Notes: generated from the letters alone by a model not told the origin. 64,000 bases of DNA from Camelus dromedarius (GCF_036321535.1 NC_087437.1:65784001-65848000); one strand, 5' to 3'. Shown: positions 1-15,273, counted from the first letter of the stretch. Numbers and translations: made by a program.

Positions 1-700
1 AATACTTCTTCATTTTTCTTTAAGTTCTGTTCCACTTCTCTCAGAAACCATTCACTATTTTTTCTTCTCTTTGGTCCTACTTCATTTCTGCTTATTCCAT
101 TGCTTTCATTTCTTCCTGGCCCACTTGTATCTACTTGAGTTTTCAATCTCATGTTTAGTTGAGATTTCTCTGATGTATCTGATTGGCCCATCACAACTCT
201 CCCTGCGAACACTGTGTTTCTGGAAGTACTCTTGGATGCTTATCGCATTCCTCCTGTTCTGCTTCAGGACCACTGCCACTTTTGCTATCAAAAAAATGCA
301 CTCTCTCCAGTTGTTCAAACCATGCTGATCTGGTCATTTAATCCATGCCTTCCAGCTACCCTACCCAGGGCTGCTCTATAAACCATTCTTCCCTATAGCT
401 TTCTTATCAGTTATTTGCTCACCCACTCTGAGTCTAGGCCTATGAAGTATCTCCCTGTACCCAATCCATACATTTGTCTTGCTGTATTTTAAAGTTTTAT
501 GCTACAGTTACAAATACGCAGTTTCTCTCTACTTTTTATTCCTTTCTGCATTCATCTAATGTTACTTTTTGCATTATTTACTATGTTTGTCTCAATTTAA
601 TCCATATCTGTCCCTAAGTCATTCTTTTTCTACCTTCCATATTGTTTTCTAAAAGGCTGTGTTGCTGCCTTCACTGTAGCATATGGCTTACTTTGGTGTA
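1..700 (-). mobile_element. Highly degraded LINE-1-like fragment
   Basis: Pyrimidine-rich. The minus ORF 106-318 ends in an L1 ORF2-like stretch (YIREI...KWARKK). Confidence 0.4.
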
Positions 701-1949
701 AGTAGTCTTTCTGAATTTTGGTCTCCCTCAAGCATTCAGTTTTCTCGTCTCTCTTGGCCTGATCTGTGTTTTCATGTTTCTGTGCTCACTGTATATTCTG
801 AGTCTCTTCTCTCTCACCCAGTTGTCTCCTTGACTCCTTTTAATGTCTTTTCTATCATCAGCCGATGTCCTTATCTTGCTGTGCTGAGCCTGTTCTGTTT
901 GCCTGTCTGCCCTCACACACGTCTCCCCGAGCTAGCCAGATGCCTTTTCTGTCTCACTCCACCTACTCAATGTTTCTCTCGGTCTGACCTGGCCAACTAC
1001 ATCCTGTCCTTATCTGTCTCTCCTTCACCCAGGATCTTAAGTGATTCACTCGCCCTTTCTGAAGTTATTGTTTCTCTGTATCATCTTGACCATATAGTTT
1101 TCAACTATGCTGGGTCTTTAGCATTAACTCTTAAGACTATCTTCTGAGGGTTGGCAAGTGTTCAGTACTTTGAGGAGAAAAGAACAAGAACAGAGTAAAA
1201 GAACACAACAATTCAATTAAATGTTAGCATGAGACTACTTTTAAAAAGTCTGTTGTTTTCAGTACTCCATTACAGAAACTCAAGATTAGTTTTATTCCAG
1301 TTTGAGGCAGGAAAGATTTGACCAAAAGTCAAACAAATTTTTAAATTTAGAAGAATTTTTTAAAAGACATTTGTACCCATGTAGAGTTGACGTCCAGACT
1401 TTATTTCTACCTTCACCACGGATACAAATTAAATTATCAGCAAATGTGACACTAAAGAAAATCTAGATGAGAGATACCAAAGTTCACTTCTTTCACATAT
1501 TTAAATTTCTTCTATGGAGAGAATGTACACATTGTACTTAAAGATGACAAAAGTGACAATTCAGTTGAATCTTTTTACATTATTTAAGAAATTTAAGAAC
1601 TTTTAAAAGATATAACTCTTACTCAGGGGTGAGGGAGGAATATTATTTCAAAACTAAATTTTTTAAGATTTTTAAGGTGAGTGTTAAATAAGGGATGATG
1701 GAAAAGGAGAGGTTACTGGCAAGGAATTCCATTTAAGAAAGATAGGAAGACTTTAAATGTCATCAGTGGGTTGACTTGCTGAAAGGCTGGAACTGCCCAT
1801 AGCTCTTGGGTTAAATCTACTGACAGTTCTGCAGAGGCAGCCTCTGGTTCCTGATCTGGGGATAAGGTAGAATTTAATTATTTGCGGATCAGTAACCAGA
1901 CAAAGATGCCACATTGGGGGTAGGGTAGGATGAAGGTGGCCCCCTGAGA

Positions 1950-2271
1950 AAGTTTTCTTCCATCTTCAAGTAGGACACAAGGAAGGGATGGTCCCATTTT
2001 CTGCAACTGAACATTTTCATCTACATGTGATATCTAGAAAGACATGGCCATCTTGGGCTAGCTCCCCTCATGGTCCCAAGAGGACAACCAACAGGCTGAG
2101 TTCAGCAAAGTGAGCATGGAACAAATGTTGATCCTTGAAGATGTAACTGAGCTGTGAAATTAATCCTAGTTGTGCTACCTCAGGACTTCTGGTCACCCTA
2201 GAAGGTTTTTCTTACTGTTCAAGCTATTTCTAGTGGGTTTTCTATTATCATGAAGGCATCTTAACTGACAC
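1950..2271 (+). mobile_element. MaLR (MLT1-type) LTR remnant
   Basis: Motifs ggccatcttg and gctacctcaggacttct, ending in gcatcttaactgacaca. Confidence 0.55.
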
Positions 2272-3178
2272 AGATACTAGGAAAAAAAAAATCATGATAA
2301 CCTGAACAGGTACAAAACTTTCTGTATAACTGGATTGTTTTTAACGACCAAAAAGAAATTCAATTTGCTCAGGACTGCCCAGAACTAGCTTTTCTGAAAC
2401 ATCAGTACCAGAGGGCAGAAAATACTAAGAGGGTTCCCAATATCTATACAGTTACAACTTCTATGGAAGGGAGTAGGTGGGTATAAACTCTAGACCCTCA
2501 GCTTGACACTGGGAAGAAGAAAGAAAAAGGGTAGAAGAGGAAAGCCCCCCTGACCTCAATTCTCATTTATGCTTTTCAGAAAAAGAATATAAACCACTTT
2601 TTATGGCACGGCAAAACTAAGGCTGCCTCTGCAATTCAAATATTAGGGTACACTGATAAAAATAGAGAGCCATAGTAAGAAGTATTAACCCATAGGTAAC
2701 ACCTACTATACTTCGCTTTCAAGAAAGTTGCATTTAAAACTAAAGAAGGCAAGAAATGTGTGGTTAAAATGCTTCAAAAACAAAAACAAACAAAAAAGTG
2801 ATTCTGTATTCTTTAAAGGCCTTCAGGCTTCAGAACTTGGCTGGGAAAATTCAGATATCCCCAAGAGGCACAACCAATTTAGGACTAGCTAACAATTGGC
2901 TGAGCTGCAGCAGGCCCAAGCTGAGTGAGTACTTAAAGTCAAATGACTATTTAAAGATCTTTGCCTGAGGCCCACACTGTTCTGCATTCAGTACAAACAA
3001 ATTCCATCACAGGCACAAGTTAATAAAACAAGTGCGGCAGAGCTTATAATCTGTGTAACTTCATAGTATTTAGTCTCCTGGTAACTTACTTACCCAAACC
3101 TGCTCTCCAAAGGACAGGTAGTTAAAAACATTGGCAAGCCTAAAAGTGTTCTTGGTAGGAGCACAGGGTCTACACTCA

Positions 3179-3406
<228 letters not shown>

Positions 3407-5062
3407 TCAGGAAAGAGAAATTCTCAAAACTAGCCTTCAGCAAACAATTTGTATTTCCACTCTCTCTACAATATTTTAGTACTGAAACTTCTAAAAATGT
3501 GGAAAAGATGAAAGAATTTTATAGTGAACATCCATGTGCCCACCACTGAGATTCTACAATTAACATTTTTCTGTATTTGATTGATCATGTATCTTTCCAT
3601 CTATCATTTTTTTGAAGCATTCAAGGTAATTTCACCCCTAACTGCAGCACAGCAAACAGATTTTAATCACAACATTTCTAACAGAGTTATACTTATTTTA
3701 ACTTTGGTTAAACTTAAAACCAAATTCTTTACAGTTTACCACCAAAAACTGTATCCTTTCCCAACAGTTTTCTTTTTGGACATTACATATTTGGGTCTAC
3801 GTTACAGGGAAAGCCAAATAAATAGTCTCCGGTCATCCTGTGCATTGTCACAAGGCTATTTCTTCAAACATATTAACTATTTATATCTAAACAAATTTAA
3901 CTAACTCATTTCCAAAATTAAAGTTCAGGAAGACTTTATTGTTCTTATTTCTATATTCTTCACATTCAACTTGTAATTAAACCGTAGTAATTCCTTAGAA
4001 ACATCTCAGATTTTTCACTTCTATTATCATTTCACTAATCTGGGACACCATTATTACTTAGCCTGAAATTAGCTTCCTAAATCTGGTCTTTGAACCTTTA
4101 GGCTCTCCCTCTCCAATTCCAAGTTTCCTATGCAACAATTTTTATCATCTCATCCCCCTGCTTGAAAATCTATCTGATAGCTGAACTTCTAAAGTCCATG
4201 GCATCAAATTTCTCATCCTAACGTTCAAGACCCTGTATAACTTGGCCCAAAAATATCATAACCTAACCACAGTCCTTTACTTCTCAAGTAAATTCAAATA
4301 TTTGAGAGACAATATACTAGACATTAACATTTATTTTATTTGTACACTGCTTTGTTTCCAAAATGCTACCACGTATGTTTTTTGATCCTTTTGACCAATC
4401 CTGAAAAATGATGTCAGAACTGAGGCTGAGTTCTGTGATTTGTCCAAAGGCATGTAACCAATAAGAGAAAAGTAATAACAGCAGCTGTTGTATACCGAGT
4501 GCTTACTAAATACCAAGTATCGCAGTCATATGAGGATGGTATTATCATTACTTCCCACTTAAATCTGCAAAATACAGAGGTTCTAAGGGGTTAAGTAACT
4601 TGCTTAAGATCATATCACTACTAATTGGGAGGTGAGGGCAGGATTCAAACCCAGTCTATTATGCTGAAACCCACACTCTTAAACATTATTTAACACCACT
4701 AGCACCACTTGGATCTCCAGTTTGTTTTTTATTCCCAATACCAGGGATATGCATCCTTCCTCACCCTATTAACTTAAAGGTACTTAGTATCTGGCACAAC
4801 ATAAGTATGTTTTAAAAAGCCCATTATGTAATTGATACATAACCCCACCCCAACCCTCTTCCCCTAATAAGGAACGAACAAACTAGACACCTCTGCTTCA
4901 AAATTAGATTCTACTCATGTACCTCAGAGTAAGTTTCTTTACTGCCTCTCACATGTGAACAGCCAGTAACATGTCAATTCTTTATTCATATACTCTCTCT
5001 AAATACTCTCAATCTTCCTGCTATCCAAATGCTACCTCATCTTTACATCTATTCCAAATAAG

Positions 5063-5619
5063 TGAGAGGGAAAAGCAGCCCCTCATAGGTAGGAGGTAGC
5101 CCAGCACTCACAGCTAAGTTATGATGCTTTTCTGTCAAACAGAATCTCACAGATCACCAACATCAGATAAGGTCCTCTGATACCAAGATGGAAGTGAGGC
5201 AAAACCAAGTCAGTGTGAGTCTGAGTCTGTCTGAATACAGACAAAAGCAAGGTATCTGTAGAACCACAAGAAAAATCCCAGCTAACACGAGTGATTGCTG
5301 CTTCTTTATCAATTACAGTTTTAGCCTCACTCTGGTTTTCTCACTTCTCAAATAAGATTTATTAAGATAACCAATCATAGAATTATCTTCACTTCTCGAC
5401 AGTACCTAATTCATAGCAAATCCCCACCAATTCCTTGAGTCCTCCAGCAAATAACCTTTAAAAAGCCCAAATTCTCTAAATTTGTCCAGCATAGTCTTGC
5501 TGAGACACCTCATGGGTTCCCTACCATATGTGGTTTCCTTTTTACAGAAAGCATCAACAAACCCAATTTTGTTTACTATGGGCATGTACCTGATGGTCTT
5601 TGACTAATGGGCATCAGCA
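5063..5619 (+). mobile_element. Probable solo LTR (ERV1-like; family uncertain)
   Basis: TG...CA ends, flanks taag/taaa, and LTR-like internal motifs. Confidence 0.55.
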
Positions 5620-6179
5620 TAAAGATTCTTTACAAAATAAAGAAAGAGGAAGAACAAGTTATTTTTCCTTTCTAAAGTTGCTTTAAAATATCTGAATCCA
5701 TACTGCCCACCAGCCATCAAAATGGATATGCTTGAAGCCAATTTTATTACAACTGCTTAGAGATCAAGAGTGGGATTTAAGACTAGAAATTATATAAGAA
5801 TCAACAACATATAGATGGTAATTGAAGCCACAGAATAGATCAGAGTATACAGAAATCAAGGACAGTGTGAAGCATAAACAGTCAAGGTATAAACCTAAGG
5901 TAAGAGGAATCCTTGATATACAGAAATGGTACAACCAGAGGGATAGGATGGTGTTTCAAGGAGGAAATGGTATGGTGCTAATTTTTCAATGGCAACAAGA
6001 ATTGAAAATCAGCTTTTATATTTAGTAACAAGGGGTAATTAGAGACCTTGACTAAAGAGATTTTAATTTCTATACTGTCCTAAGGTATTCCCTAACTATT
6101 CCAGTCTGCCTCAGTCTCTTCTCTTCAACAAAAATATAAAGAATATAATCCATGTGGGTGTTAAAGCATAAGTCATATA

Positions 6180-6651
6180 TAGGCATACCTCAAAGATATT
6201 GTGGGTCCAGTTCCAGATCACCACAATAAAGTGAATATCACAATAAAGTAAGTCACACAAATGTTTTGGTTTCCCAGTGCATATAAAAGTTGTTTGCACT
6301 ATACTGTAGTCTACTAACTATGCAACAGCATTATATCTAAGAAAATATATAAACTTTGGTTAGAAAATTCTTTACTGTTAAAAAATGCTAACCATCATCT
6401 GAGCCTTCAGTGAACTGTAGTAGTAACACCCAAGATCAATGATCCCAGATAACCATAACAAAAAAAAAGGCTTGAAACATTGCAAGAATTATCAAAATGT
6501 GACAGAGAAACATAAAATGAGCAAATGCTGTTGGAAAAACGGCGCCAACAGACTTGTTCCATGCAGGCTTGCCACAAACTTCAATTTGTAAAAAACCCAG
6601 TTTATCTGCAATGTGCAATAAAGCAAAGCACAATAAAACGAGGTACGTCTG
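6180..6651 (-). mobile_element. Internally deleted Tigger1-type DNA transposon
   Basis: Terminal inverted repeats taggcatacctc ... gaggtacgtctg, with a TA target dinucleotide on both sides (6178-6179, 6652-6653). Confidence 0.85.
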
Positions 6652-7662
6652 TAAAGTCAAGTTTAATACAGCTCTCAAATACCAGCTGAATTAAAAACAC
6701 ACTGACGTGGGACTCGTGTTGACTGCTTAAAGATGAGCACTCACAGAGACTGTCAAGGAGAACTAGAGAACGCTGCAGAAGAAAAGTTATCCAGTTCAGT
6801 AGTTTTCAAATTATTTTCAAAGGAAGAAATCCCATTCCTTGGTGAAGAAGTACCTAAGATATAAACATAAAAGCAAGCGCTCTGGCTGAAGCACAAAAAG
6901 ACAGCTAAGCAAAGGGCAACACTATAATCCTCTCATTATGTCTTCAAAGCATTACAAATCAGCCTCCTCAATGTCCTGTACCAGGCACACTTTGCTGCAG
7001 AGCCTTTGTTCTTGTTACTTTCTCTGCCCAGAAGGCTTTTCCTCCAGTTAAATGGCTAGTCTTCTAACTTACTTCAGATCTTTACTCAGAAGTCACCTCC
7101 AAGAGGGCTTCCCTAGCCAGCATTACCTAAAATTTCAACACTGTCCTGTCCTTTCTTTTTCCTTAACATTTGTCACTACCTAACACACTATGTTTTATGC
7201 TCTATCTAGTTTATTAGGTTACTTATCATTGAAATTGTCATGTTATACTTAATCAAAAATTGTCCTCCCAAGTGCCCCATTTTTCTCTTGAAGAGAACAT
7301 ACAATCCAAACTTCAGAGTTAAGTAAACAAATCAACATGCTTGTCAGTGTAGCTCATCCATATAACACAGCAATGCTCTTATTTTGGGAAAAGAAAGAGA
7401 AAAAGAGATCACTGTTAACATCATTTCATAGAAGAACAATCACAGAATGACAGTCTTAAATTTGAGTAAATTTTGTTTCATTAAAAAAAAAATAAGAAGG
7501 GGAAAAAACACAGTGTAGTCATAAGAAACCTGAATTCTAGCCTCATCTAGGTATTTTTCCAGAGACCCAGGCTTAAGGTAGATTAAGACTTAGTAAGAGT
7601 TAATTGTAGAGGGCCCATTTTGCAGTTCTGAAAAGAGTGGCTTTCATATAACTGTCAAAAAC

Positions 7663-8161
7663 TGTGAAGGGCCTGAGATTTTACCCTACTTGTAAGCTAA
7701 AAAATTATCCTACCACAGTTCCATGGATGCTGAAGAAAGATACAAGACTCCTAGGTCGGAGAAAAGAGCTTTATTACTCACGGCAACAGCAGCAGCCAGT
7801 GTCAGGTTTTGTGCCAATTCCTCGAGCCTCAATTCCCATAGGGTAACAAAGACAGCCAGGTGACAACTATACATGTGGTGGGTCATGTTATAGGAAAGAA
7901 ACCCTGAGCTTAACGAACCTAAACCTTTAATAATCGGCATAAACATGCTTGTCCTTTGCTCTGGAGGGAGATACTTTTATCACACTGAACAGCAAGCAAA
8001 CCTGCCTTTTGCTCTGGAGAGAAATAATACCTCTATCTTTCAAGGCTGATCACATATAAATATCCTTGAAAAATACAGTCCAGAAAAAAAGGCAGCCAGT
8101 CAGTATCTCTGTTTGCAGAAGTATAACTTGTGAGAGACCCATGGAGAACTGTCTCCCAACA
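7663..8161 (-). mobile_element. Solo LTR (probably ERVL class; family uncertain)
   Basis: TG...CA ends, near-matching 5-bp flanks aaaac/acaac, minus-strand AATAAA at 7775-7770, and an internal repeat tttgctctggag. Confidence 0.75.
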
Positions 8162-8984
8162 ACAACCATGTCTGGCAAACATTACATGAGGAAAAGCTGA
8201 CCTGACATCTGAGTCCTATGTCACAAAAACACAAGTTGTAAACAAGGAGCAGCCTGTCAAAAGGCAGGTCTGGAGTCCAAGAAAAATAAGAAATTTTATA
8301 TTTTATGGAAAATTACTTAAGACTAGCTTAACACATGAGGAGCATTTTTATAAATTTCACTAAACATTATAAAAATGCAAATCAATTTTCCTAAAACCAG
8401 AAGGTGGGGTGAGGCTCAGCACATACTTGGTACAACAAAGTTCCACTCTACTGAGTGGCAGGAGTGCAACACATACAGACACAGAGTCTGTCACCAAGAA
8501 GCTTAAAGTTTAATAGAGATGAAAGGTATCTGGAGATAAACATGATCTAAGATCAGTGCAAAAATAAAGCACATAAGTGTTCTGCAGTTCAAAGAAGGAA
8601 TATGACTTCTAGTTGAGGGCTCTACAGGTTTATGGAGAAGGTGTGCCTTTTGAGATAAAATTTAGAAGAAAAGCAGTTGTTAAAGAGACCAAGGAATGGG
8701 GGAAGAGAACAGGACATTCTAGATGATTATAAAAGAAGTAAGTGGTTGAAAATAATAGTAAACTGCGATATCAGACTACTAGGAATATAGTTATCAAAAA
8801 GAATGGTAAAAATCAGAATCAACAGGATAAACTACAGTGGCCATAACTTCAATGTCAAACTTCATTTTGACTTTATTCTTTAGTAACAGGAAAGTGATTA
8901 AAGAATTTTGGAGAAGAACATGAGGTTATCCAAATAAATATATAAATATTAATCTGCCTTAGTGGCTTAAGATGGTCTTCCAAT

Positions 8985-9152
8985 AAGCCAATTCTTAACT
9001 GAATGTATGAACATCACTGGAAGAATTTTTAATTAATACCCCAGCCCTGCCCCAAAGATGCTGATTCAACAGGTCTGGAATGGGGGCCAGGGATGTAAAT
9101 TTTGAAAGTTCCACAAAGAATTCTAATGCATACCCCTGGTGAAGAGCTGCTG
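8985..9152. mobile_element. MER5-type hAT relic (others near 19.9, 28.3, 34.8, 47.6 and 59.8 kb)
   Basis: ctgattcaacaggtctggaatgggggccagg...attctaatgca. Confidence 0.65.
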
Positions 9153-12100
9153 TTAAGAAATCAATATGATAAATATCCCAACTCTTTTTGAAACTGGACC
9201 ACCCTGTGCTAAGTAGTGTGCACAGAATATACTACTCAAGAATAAGAGAAGAAATTGGAATGGAAACTCAGAGTGCTTTACCATCTTTCCCTTGCCAAAC
9301 ATAAGATCAAGAAGCCACATAAGGGAGAATGTGCAAACTAGATTCAAGAATGTGGCAGCAGAGAGAAAATGTAGGCTACAAGCATTCTTTAGGCAAAGCT
9401 TGACAAATGATGATATAAGGAGAAAAGAATTCAATGGTAACATATTTGTTTGATCATATACATCCATAAGCAAGAAAAAAACTAAGAAAAGCTACTTTAC
9501 AAATATTCCCACATATTCATCATGGTCAAGTCTGTGCAACAGTATCATCCAATCTAACACATGAGGGAAAGACTCAAAGAAGTTAAGTTTACCAGGTCAC
9601 AGCTTAAAAACAAAAATCATTAAGGCTGAAATCAAACACAAATTTTTCTGACTCAAAAGACTAAATTTCCTGTACCATCCTGAATTACACATCCTTTCCC
9701 TATGTATATTCATAGGCTCTAATTTTTTAAAAATACGGAGCAGGAGAGAGGATTTGTAGGAAAAAATTTATTTAACAAACATTAAATGTGTATCACATGC
9801 CTGGTATTTACTTAGCTAGGTCTTAATGTTTCAGGTCTGCCAGAAGGATCAAAATTCATCCAGATGTAGATAACAGGCAATGAAAATAGGGAGAAAAAAA
9901 GATCTTTTAAAAATAGATATTTTAAAACTGTATTTTAGCGTTGTCTATTCAGTAGTATGTGAATGTCTCAATTCTATGACTCAGGACTCTCCTAATTAAG
10001 GTAAGTTATCACTTCAAAATGAAAAAATAAATAAAGATTTACTTGTTGGAATGAGAGGGAAAAAGGAGGGAGGGTAAGGAGAAAGAGATCCACACAATTT
10101 TAACTTTCTCCCAAAATAAGACATGTAAAAACAAAAATGAATCAGAGGCATGGAGAGAAGGGACTAGGAACAAAAGAAAAAACAAACAGTAACGTTCAAC
10201 AAAATTCAAACTTAACATTTTCTTTTGCTAAACCCAGAAAGAAAACTTAGGTGGTATCTATTACACTGGCCAAGGTCTTCCATTTAACTGTTTACTTATT
10301 AACAAACATGGTACTCATTTTAATTATGTGAGTATTCCATCAAGAGAACAATGGATAAGTACAAGCAAAACCAAAGTGAAAAAAAAAATGTTTATCCTCT
10401 TTAGTTGGACAAAAAGAAAATGCTTTGGAAATTTATCATAACTGAGGGGAAAAAAAAGATGACATTATGAATCAAATCCCCAAATAATTAGATATTATTT
10501 GGATTGTGTTTCCTCCTTCTTCATTCCAAAATATACAATGGATAGAACATTCAAAACAGATCACTCAAAAAGATTCCAGAAAAAACAAAATAAAACAGAA
10601 GACAATTCATAGATCCATTTAAAATCAAATGACTAAGACTTGAACTGCTAGGATTTTAGTGAAATAAAGAGGAAACTATAAAACTTCAAGATACATCACT
10701 AACATATGGAATTAATTTTACCACTCTGTAAAAATTTAACCACCATAAATACCTTAGTAATCATATTTGGATGCTGGTTTCTCTCCCACTGAATATTTTA
10801 TGGATTATGTATATATGAGAAAAGGGAGTAAACTAGGGAGCTGGGGAAAATAAGACTGCCAAAAAATTCTAAATATTATTCTCCATTATGCCACAATGTA
10901 TTTCTGAAGATGGCCTAATTAAACAGGATATTTTCTATATGAACACTACTAAAACCAGGAGTTTCAGTTCCTAATCAAAGCTTTGAAACTAACCAGAAGT
11001 GACTAACATTATCCTAAAACAGTGATAAAACAACCCCAAGCCTCTCTATACTTTTAAAATGTGAATTACTCTCCAAATGAAAGGGTGCTTTGAAATTAGA
11101 GTTGAGAGAAATCATATATGGTACAGAATAGACTGAACTTACCATTTTACATATCCTAAAAAAAAAAAGGCCTACAATGATGACAGGATTTGCACAAGGA
11201 ATAGTTACTAACATAGCCCAACACTGGAAGCCAGCCAGGGCTCTAGAATCCTGATACACTGTCACTTTGCTGTCTTATAACCTTGCTTAAAAATACAAAC
11301 AAACAAACAAAAAAACCCTCGGAATATGACACTGAACACACTGATTATGTAAAAGGACCCAGTATAATAAACACTGAAAAACCCTTACAATACTAATACA
11401 AGCTAGCCAGCCATCAATAACCACAGCAGTATGACAACAAAATATTTATTAAGAGTCACTTTGCTTTTTCAGATTCCAAAAGAGCTTATGGGGGAGGGAA
11501 AGTTAGGTGGGGTTTGGGATGTAAAGAATCTGGAAGAATAATCATAAAATTTAAGCACTGTCAACAGTGAAAGGTGGTAAGAGTAGGACTGGGCTGAGTG
11601 GGAGAGCACAGAGAAGAAAAACTAGATTTGCCATTTTATGCTACATACTTTTCCAGTATTTGAGTCTTAATCAAGTTTACATTCATATCTTACTTACATA
11701 TTTTTAGAAGAGAGAAAACAAATGTTATTTTGAATTCTCCAGAAGCACTCAACTCCCTCTTAATATGCAAAAGTTACACATTCTTGGCATATTCTTTGAA
11801 AGCACTATAAAGTCCTTTGTAAAAATTTTTATAAGTCAAAACATTCAAGGGTATATATATTAAAATGTTAAGTCAAATATTGAAGTCTCAAAAGTCATCC
11901 TTTATTCTAATTTCCAAACTTATTTCATACAGCAAGTTTCTTCAGTTTAACTGGGCAAGGGGAAATGTAAGAAAAAAGGAATTGTTATTATAAAACAATA
12001 ACAGACAAGAGAGAAGCATAGTTATATATATTATGCAATTATTTTACCTATAATAAAAAGGAATTTGAAAAATCATCCTTCAGCAATTCACTGCAGAATA

Positions 12101-15100
12101 CTTAGCACTGTAAAATATTCATTTGCATACAAAAAGAAAAAAACAGAAGCAGTTTAATGTATTTTTAAATTCAGAAGATTGCAAATGTACTAATGATGTA
12201 CACAACATAACTCCACTCCCAAAACTCAATTTATCAGTGAAATTGGTTTCTGTCCTTCCTTAAAAGATGTATCTAGATTTGGTCCAATTATGCATCATGA
12301 CTAGATTCTGGAACTCATTATAAAGGGGAAAAAAATGTACTATGCCTGGGAGGGAAAACAATAAATTGAAGTATGATACTTGGGTGAATACTAAAGTTTG
12401 TAATAAATTTTCTAAATTAAGTCTAAATCAAATTCACCTCAACATACAGCAAGCAAGCAAAAAGCACGTGGTTTTAATATGACTATTTAAAAGACAATAA
12501 TCAATGGAATGTTGCATGTCAGCATCAAAAAGCAATTCTTCACAAATAAGTTCATTCCTAGGTAATCAGCATCAAAATACAAAAAAGATAAAACACAGAT
12601 TTTTTTTTTAAGTTCGCAAATCCTGAAAATCAAAAGCAGCAAATTTTTTAAAAAATCAGCCTTAAAGGTTTTGGTGGAAAGCAAATGGTAGAAGAGGGAA
12701 GACACTTGTTCCTTACTATCTTTCCATAACTAGTTTTTATTTAACTTATTCTAATAATCACTTTCCTCCCACCCCATTACCAGTCCCCCCAAAAATCCAT
12801 ACCTCTGAGCTTCCACTACAATTTTCTAATGAACTCATCCCGGGCAAAGATTCCAAATTACCAACTGAGCAAAATAATCTTAGAAAGATCTCTTTTTGTT
12901 TATTTGTGTTTTTAGCATTGCAGGAATTGAAAACACTGTTTATAAGACATCTCCCAAGTAGAAAGAAATGAAGACAGGAAAAAGTAGCCTGCTTGATAAA
13001 GGTAAACATGAAGGTAATAATTCTTTAAGAGGCTCGCAGATATAGGACCCTGAGAGTATTAAAATGTTAGGTTAAAAAAATGGAAGAGGAATTTCAATGT
13101 TATGGGGATCAGTCTAAAGAAGATATGTGGATCTGTCCAAACTAAAAAGCATTATCTGCAGTCACAAGGAAAGATGATTTAACCCCAAACTTAGAAATGA
13201 ATATCTCAAATAGATAAAGAGTTTACTTAAATATGCTGAGTGACTCAGAACTGACCACTAGAAGAGGTCTATTTCCACTGTTGGCTATTTTTAAGAGTAA
13301 TTTATTAGAGACTTATTTCACTTTGAGTTACTTATTAAAGACTTCTTTTACACTAGTTCTAAAATCTGTCTGCCTTTAAGTCTTTTCCATGGAGCCACAC
13401 AAAAGCTGAATCTCCATGAAAGCTGTATCATATTCCTCTCTAGCACTCAATCTAAAACATCCTAGACATTTACATAGCCCTACACTTACTCACTTCTTTG
13501 TAAGATCCTCCAAACCCCAGAGTACAACATAGGCACGTGTATGTGTACCCACACACACGTTATTTGATGAGTTAAACTAGATAATCTCTAAACTCCTATT
13601 TATAAGATTATATCAAATACACATTTTTAAGATTCCATTTTTTAAAAATTTAACTTATTTCAAAATTTATTTAAAATGAGATTCCCTCGTCTCTAGATGA
13701 ATTCAGTAATAAGGGCTCCCAAACTATGTCTAATTCAAACACCTAACAATTTTATTTGTTAATAATTAACCATCCACAATAAAATCACAGTGTCTTACAT
13801 GCTTTTACAGAAGCTATAAAACTATTTTTTCACCCAATATTTCCTCTGCTGAGAATCCTTAAGGAAAAGCTTAAAAAATAAGAATAAAATGCCATATACA
13901 CAAAAATATTCGAAGTGTCATATCTAAATCAGCCAAAAAACAAAAACACAAAGTGCCCCAAAGAGATGAGAAGGAAAACAGGGCAGAAAAATCACATTTA
14001 TTAAAACATATTTAGAACACTAAATAGAAACAGGAAAGTTTGATACATTAAGGAACCAAGACATCACAAATTATTCTTGGCTATGACTGTAATTACAGGT
14101 AATACACAAAAGGCTGGTGGTTTTGTGGTTAATTTTTTTTCTCTTCAAAATTTTCTCTGGCATTATGGCTACATAATTTTTAAATTAAAAATGGAAAATA
14201 TAAACCTATTTCCATATCATCTAACTTTAACATCTAAAAAGAAAATACAATCTCCCCCACCATTTTGGGAATGTATGTTGCTAAATTTAACTTAGAAATG
14301 TCATTAACTAAATCACCGTGGTTGAGATTGCTGAAGTAGAAATGCTAAGTCTATTTATATGGTCAGAAGCTAGCTAAATCTAAAATATGTATTTATGAAC
14401 CACAAGATGTTATTTTGTTGATTTGAGGGCTTTCATCCCATATTACCTTCATTTTGGTTACATAAGACCCCCTTATTTCAGGAAATAAAATAGCTGCTTT
14501 TGCCTAATTAAGTTTCTGAAACCAGGGACTAGTGGGCAAAAAGCGAGGCTATTCTACTTTAATAAAATAAAGTAGCTACACACACCAAACATCAAACATT
14601 TGTAGAGCTCAACCCCAGAACACCAAAGGTAAAAATCTAAATGGAAACTATACAGAGAATCTATAATCCTTAGGAAAAAGAGAGATGGGAGAGGGAAAAG
14701 CTATAAACTGAAGTAAGAAAATCACTGGCTTTAACGTGTGAATTAACACTGATAAAACAATTCTTGTTGGACTTAATTTCCTGAGCCCAGAATTTCTGGA
14801 CACTCATCTAGGAGCTATTACTCTTTACCCAGTGGCAGAGTTGCCCATACACTTGAGTTAAGAACTTTTTATCAGGGAAGAAGTAAAGCCTAGAAGGCTT
14901 CAAATCTAATTCCTAAATACCCTCTAATTACTAATATAATCTAGTTTATAAACCTAGGACCTGTTGAAATGAGAATGGAGATAGGAGCCCATCAGATACC
15001 CCCTTATTGGTCAGAAATCCCATCAACCTCCAAATAGCAACCAAGAAATCGAATAGCTTTGTAAAGCACAGGGTTTAGAATGAAAACTGTGGTGACTATC

Positions 15101-15273
15101 AATTCAGGCAGAGCATAAATATTACAGCGGAAATACTTCCCTCTTTCTCCTCTGATACACACACCAAATGTTTATTTCCTGTTTTCTTCAAAATGAGGAT
15201 GAGAGATGAATATTGAGCAAAACAGGAAAGGAACAGAGGGGAAAAGACCAAGATTTCTAAAGGGAATATAGCA

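Noticed and set aside
683..1147. 154-aa Ser/Leu-rich ORF
   Set aside because: It is explained by pyrimidine-rich, probably repeat-derived composition, and shows no domain or exon signals.
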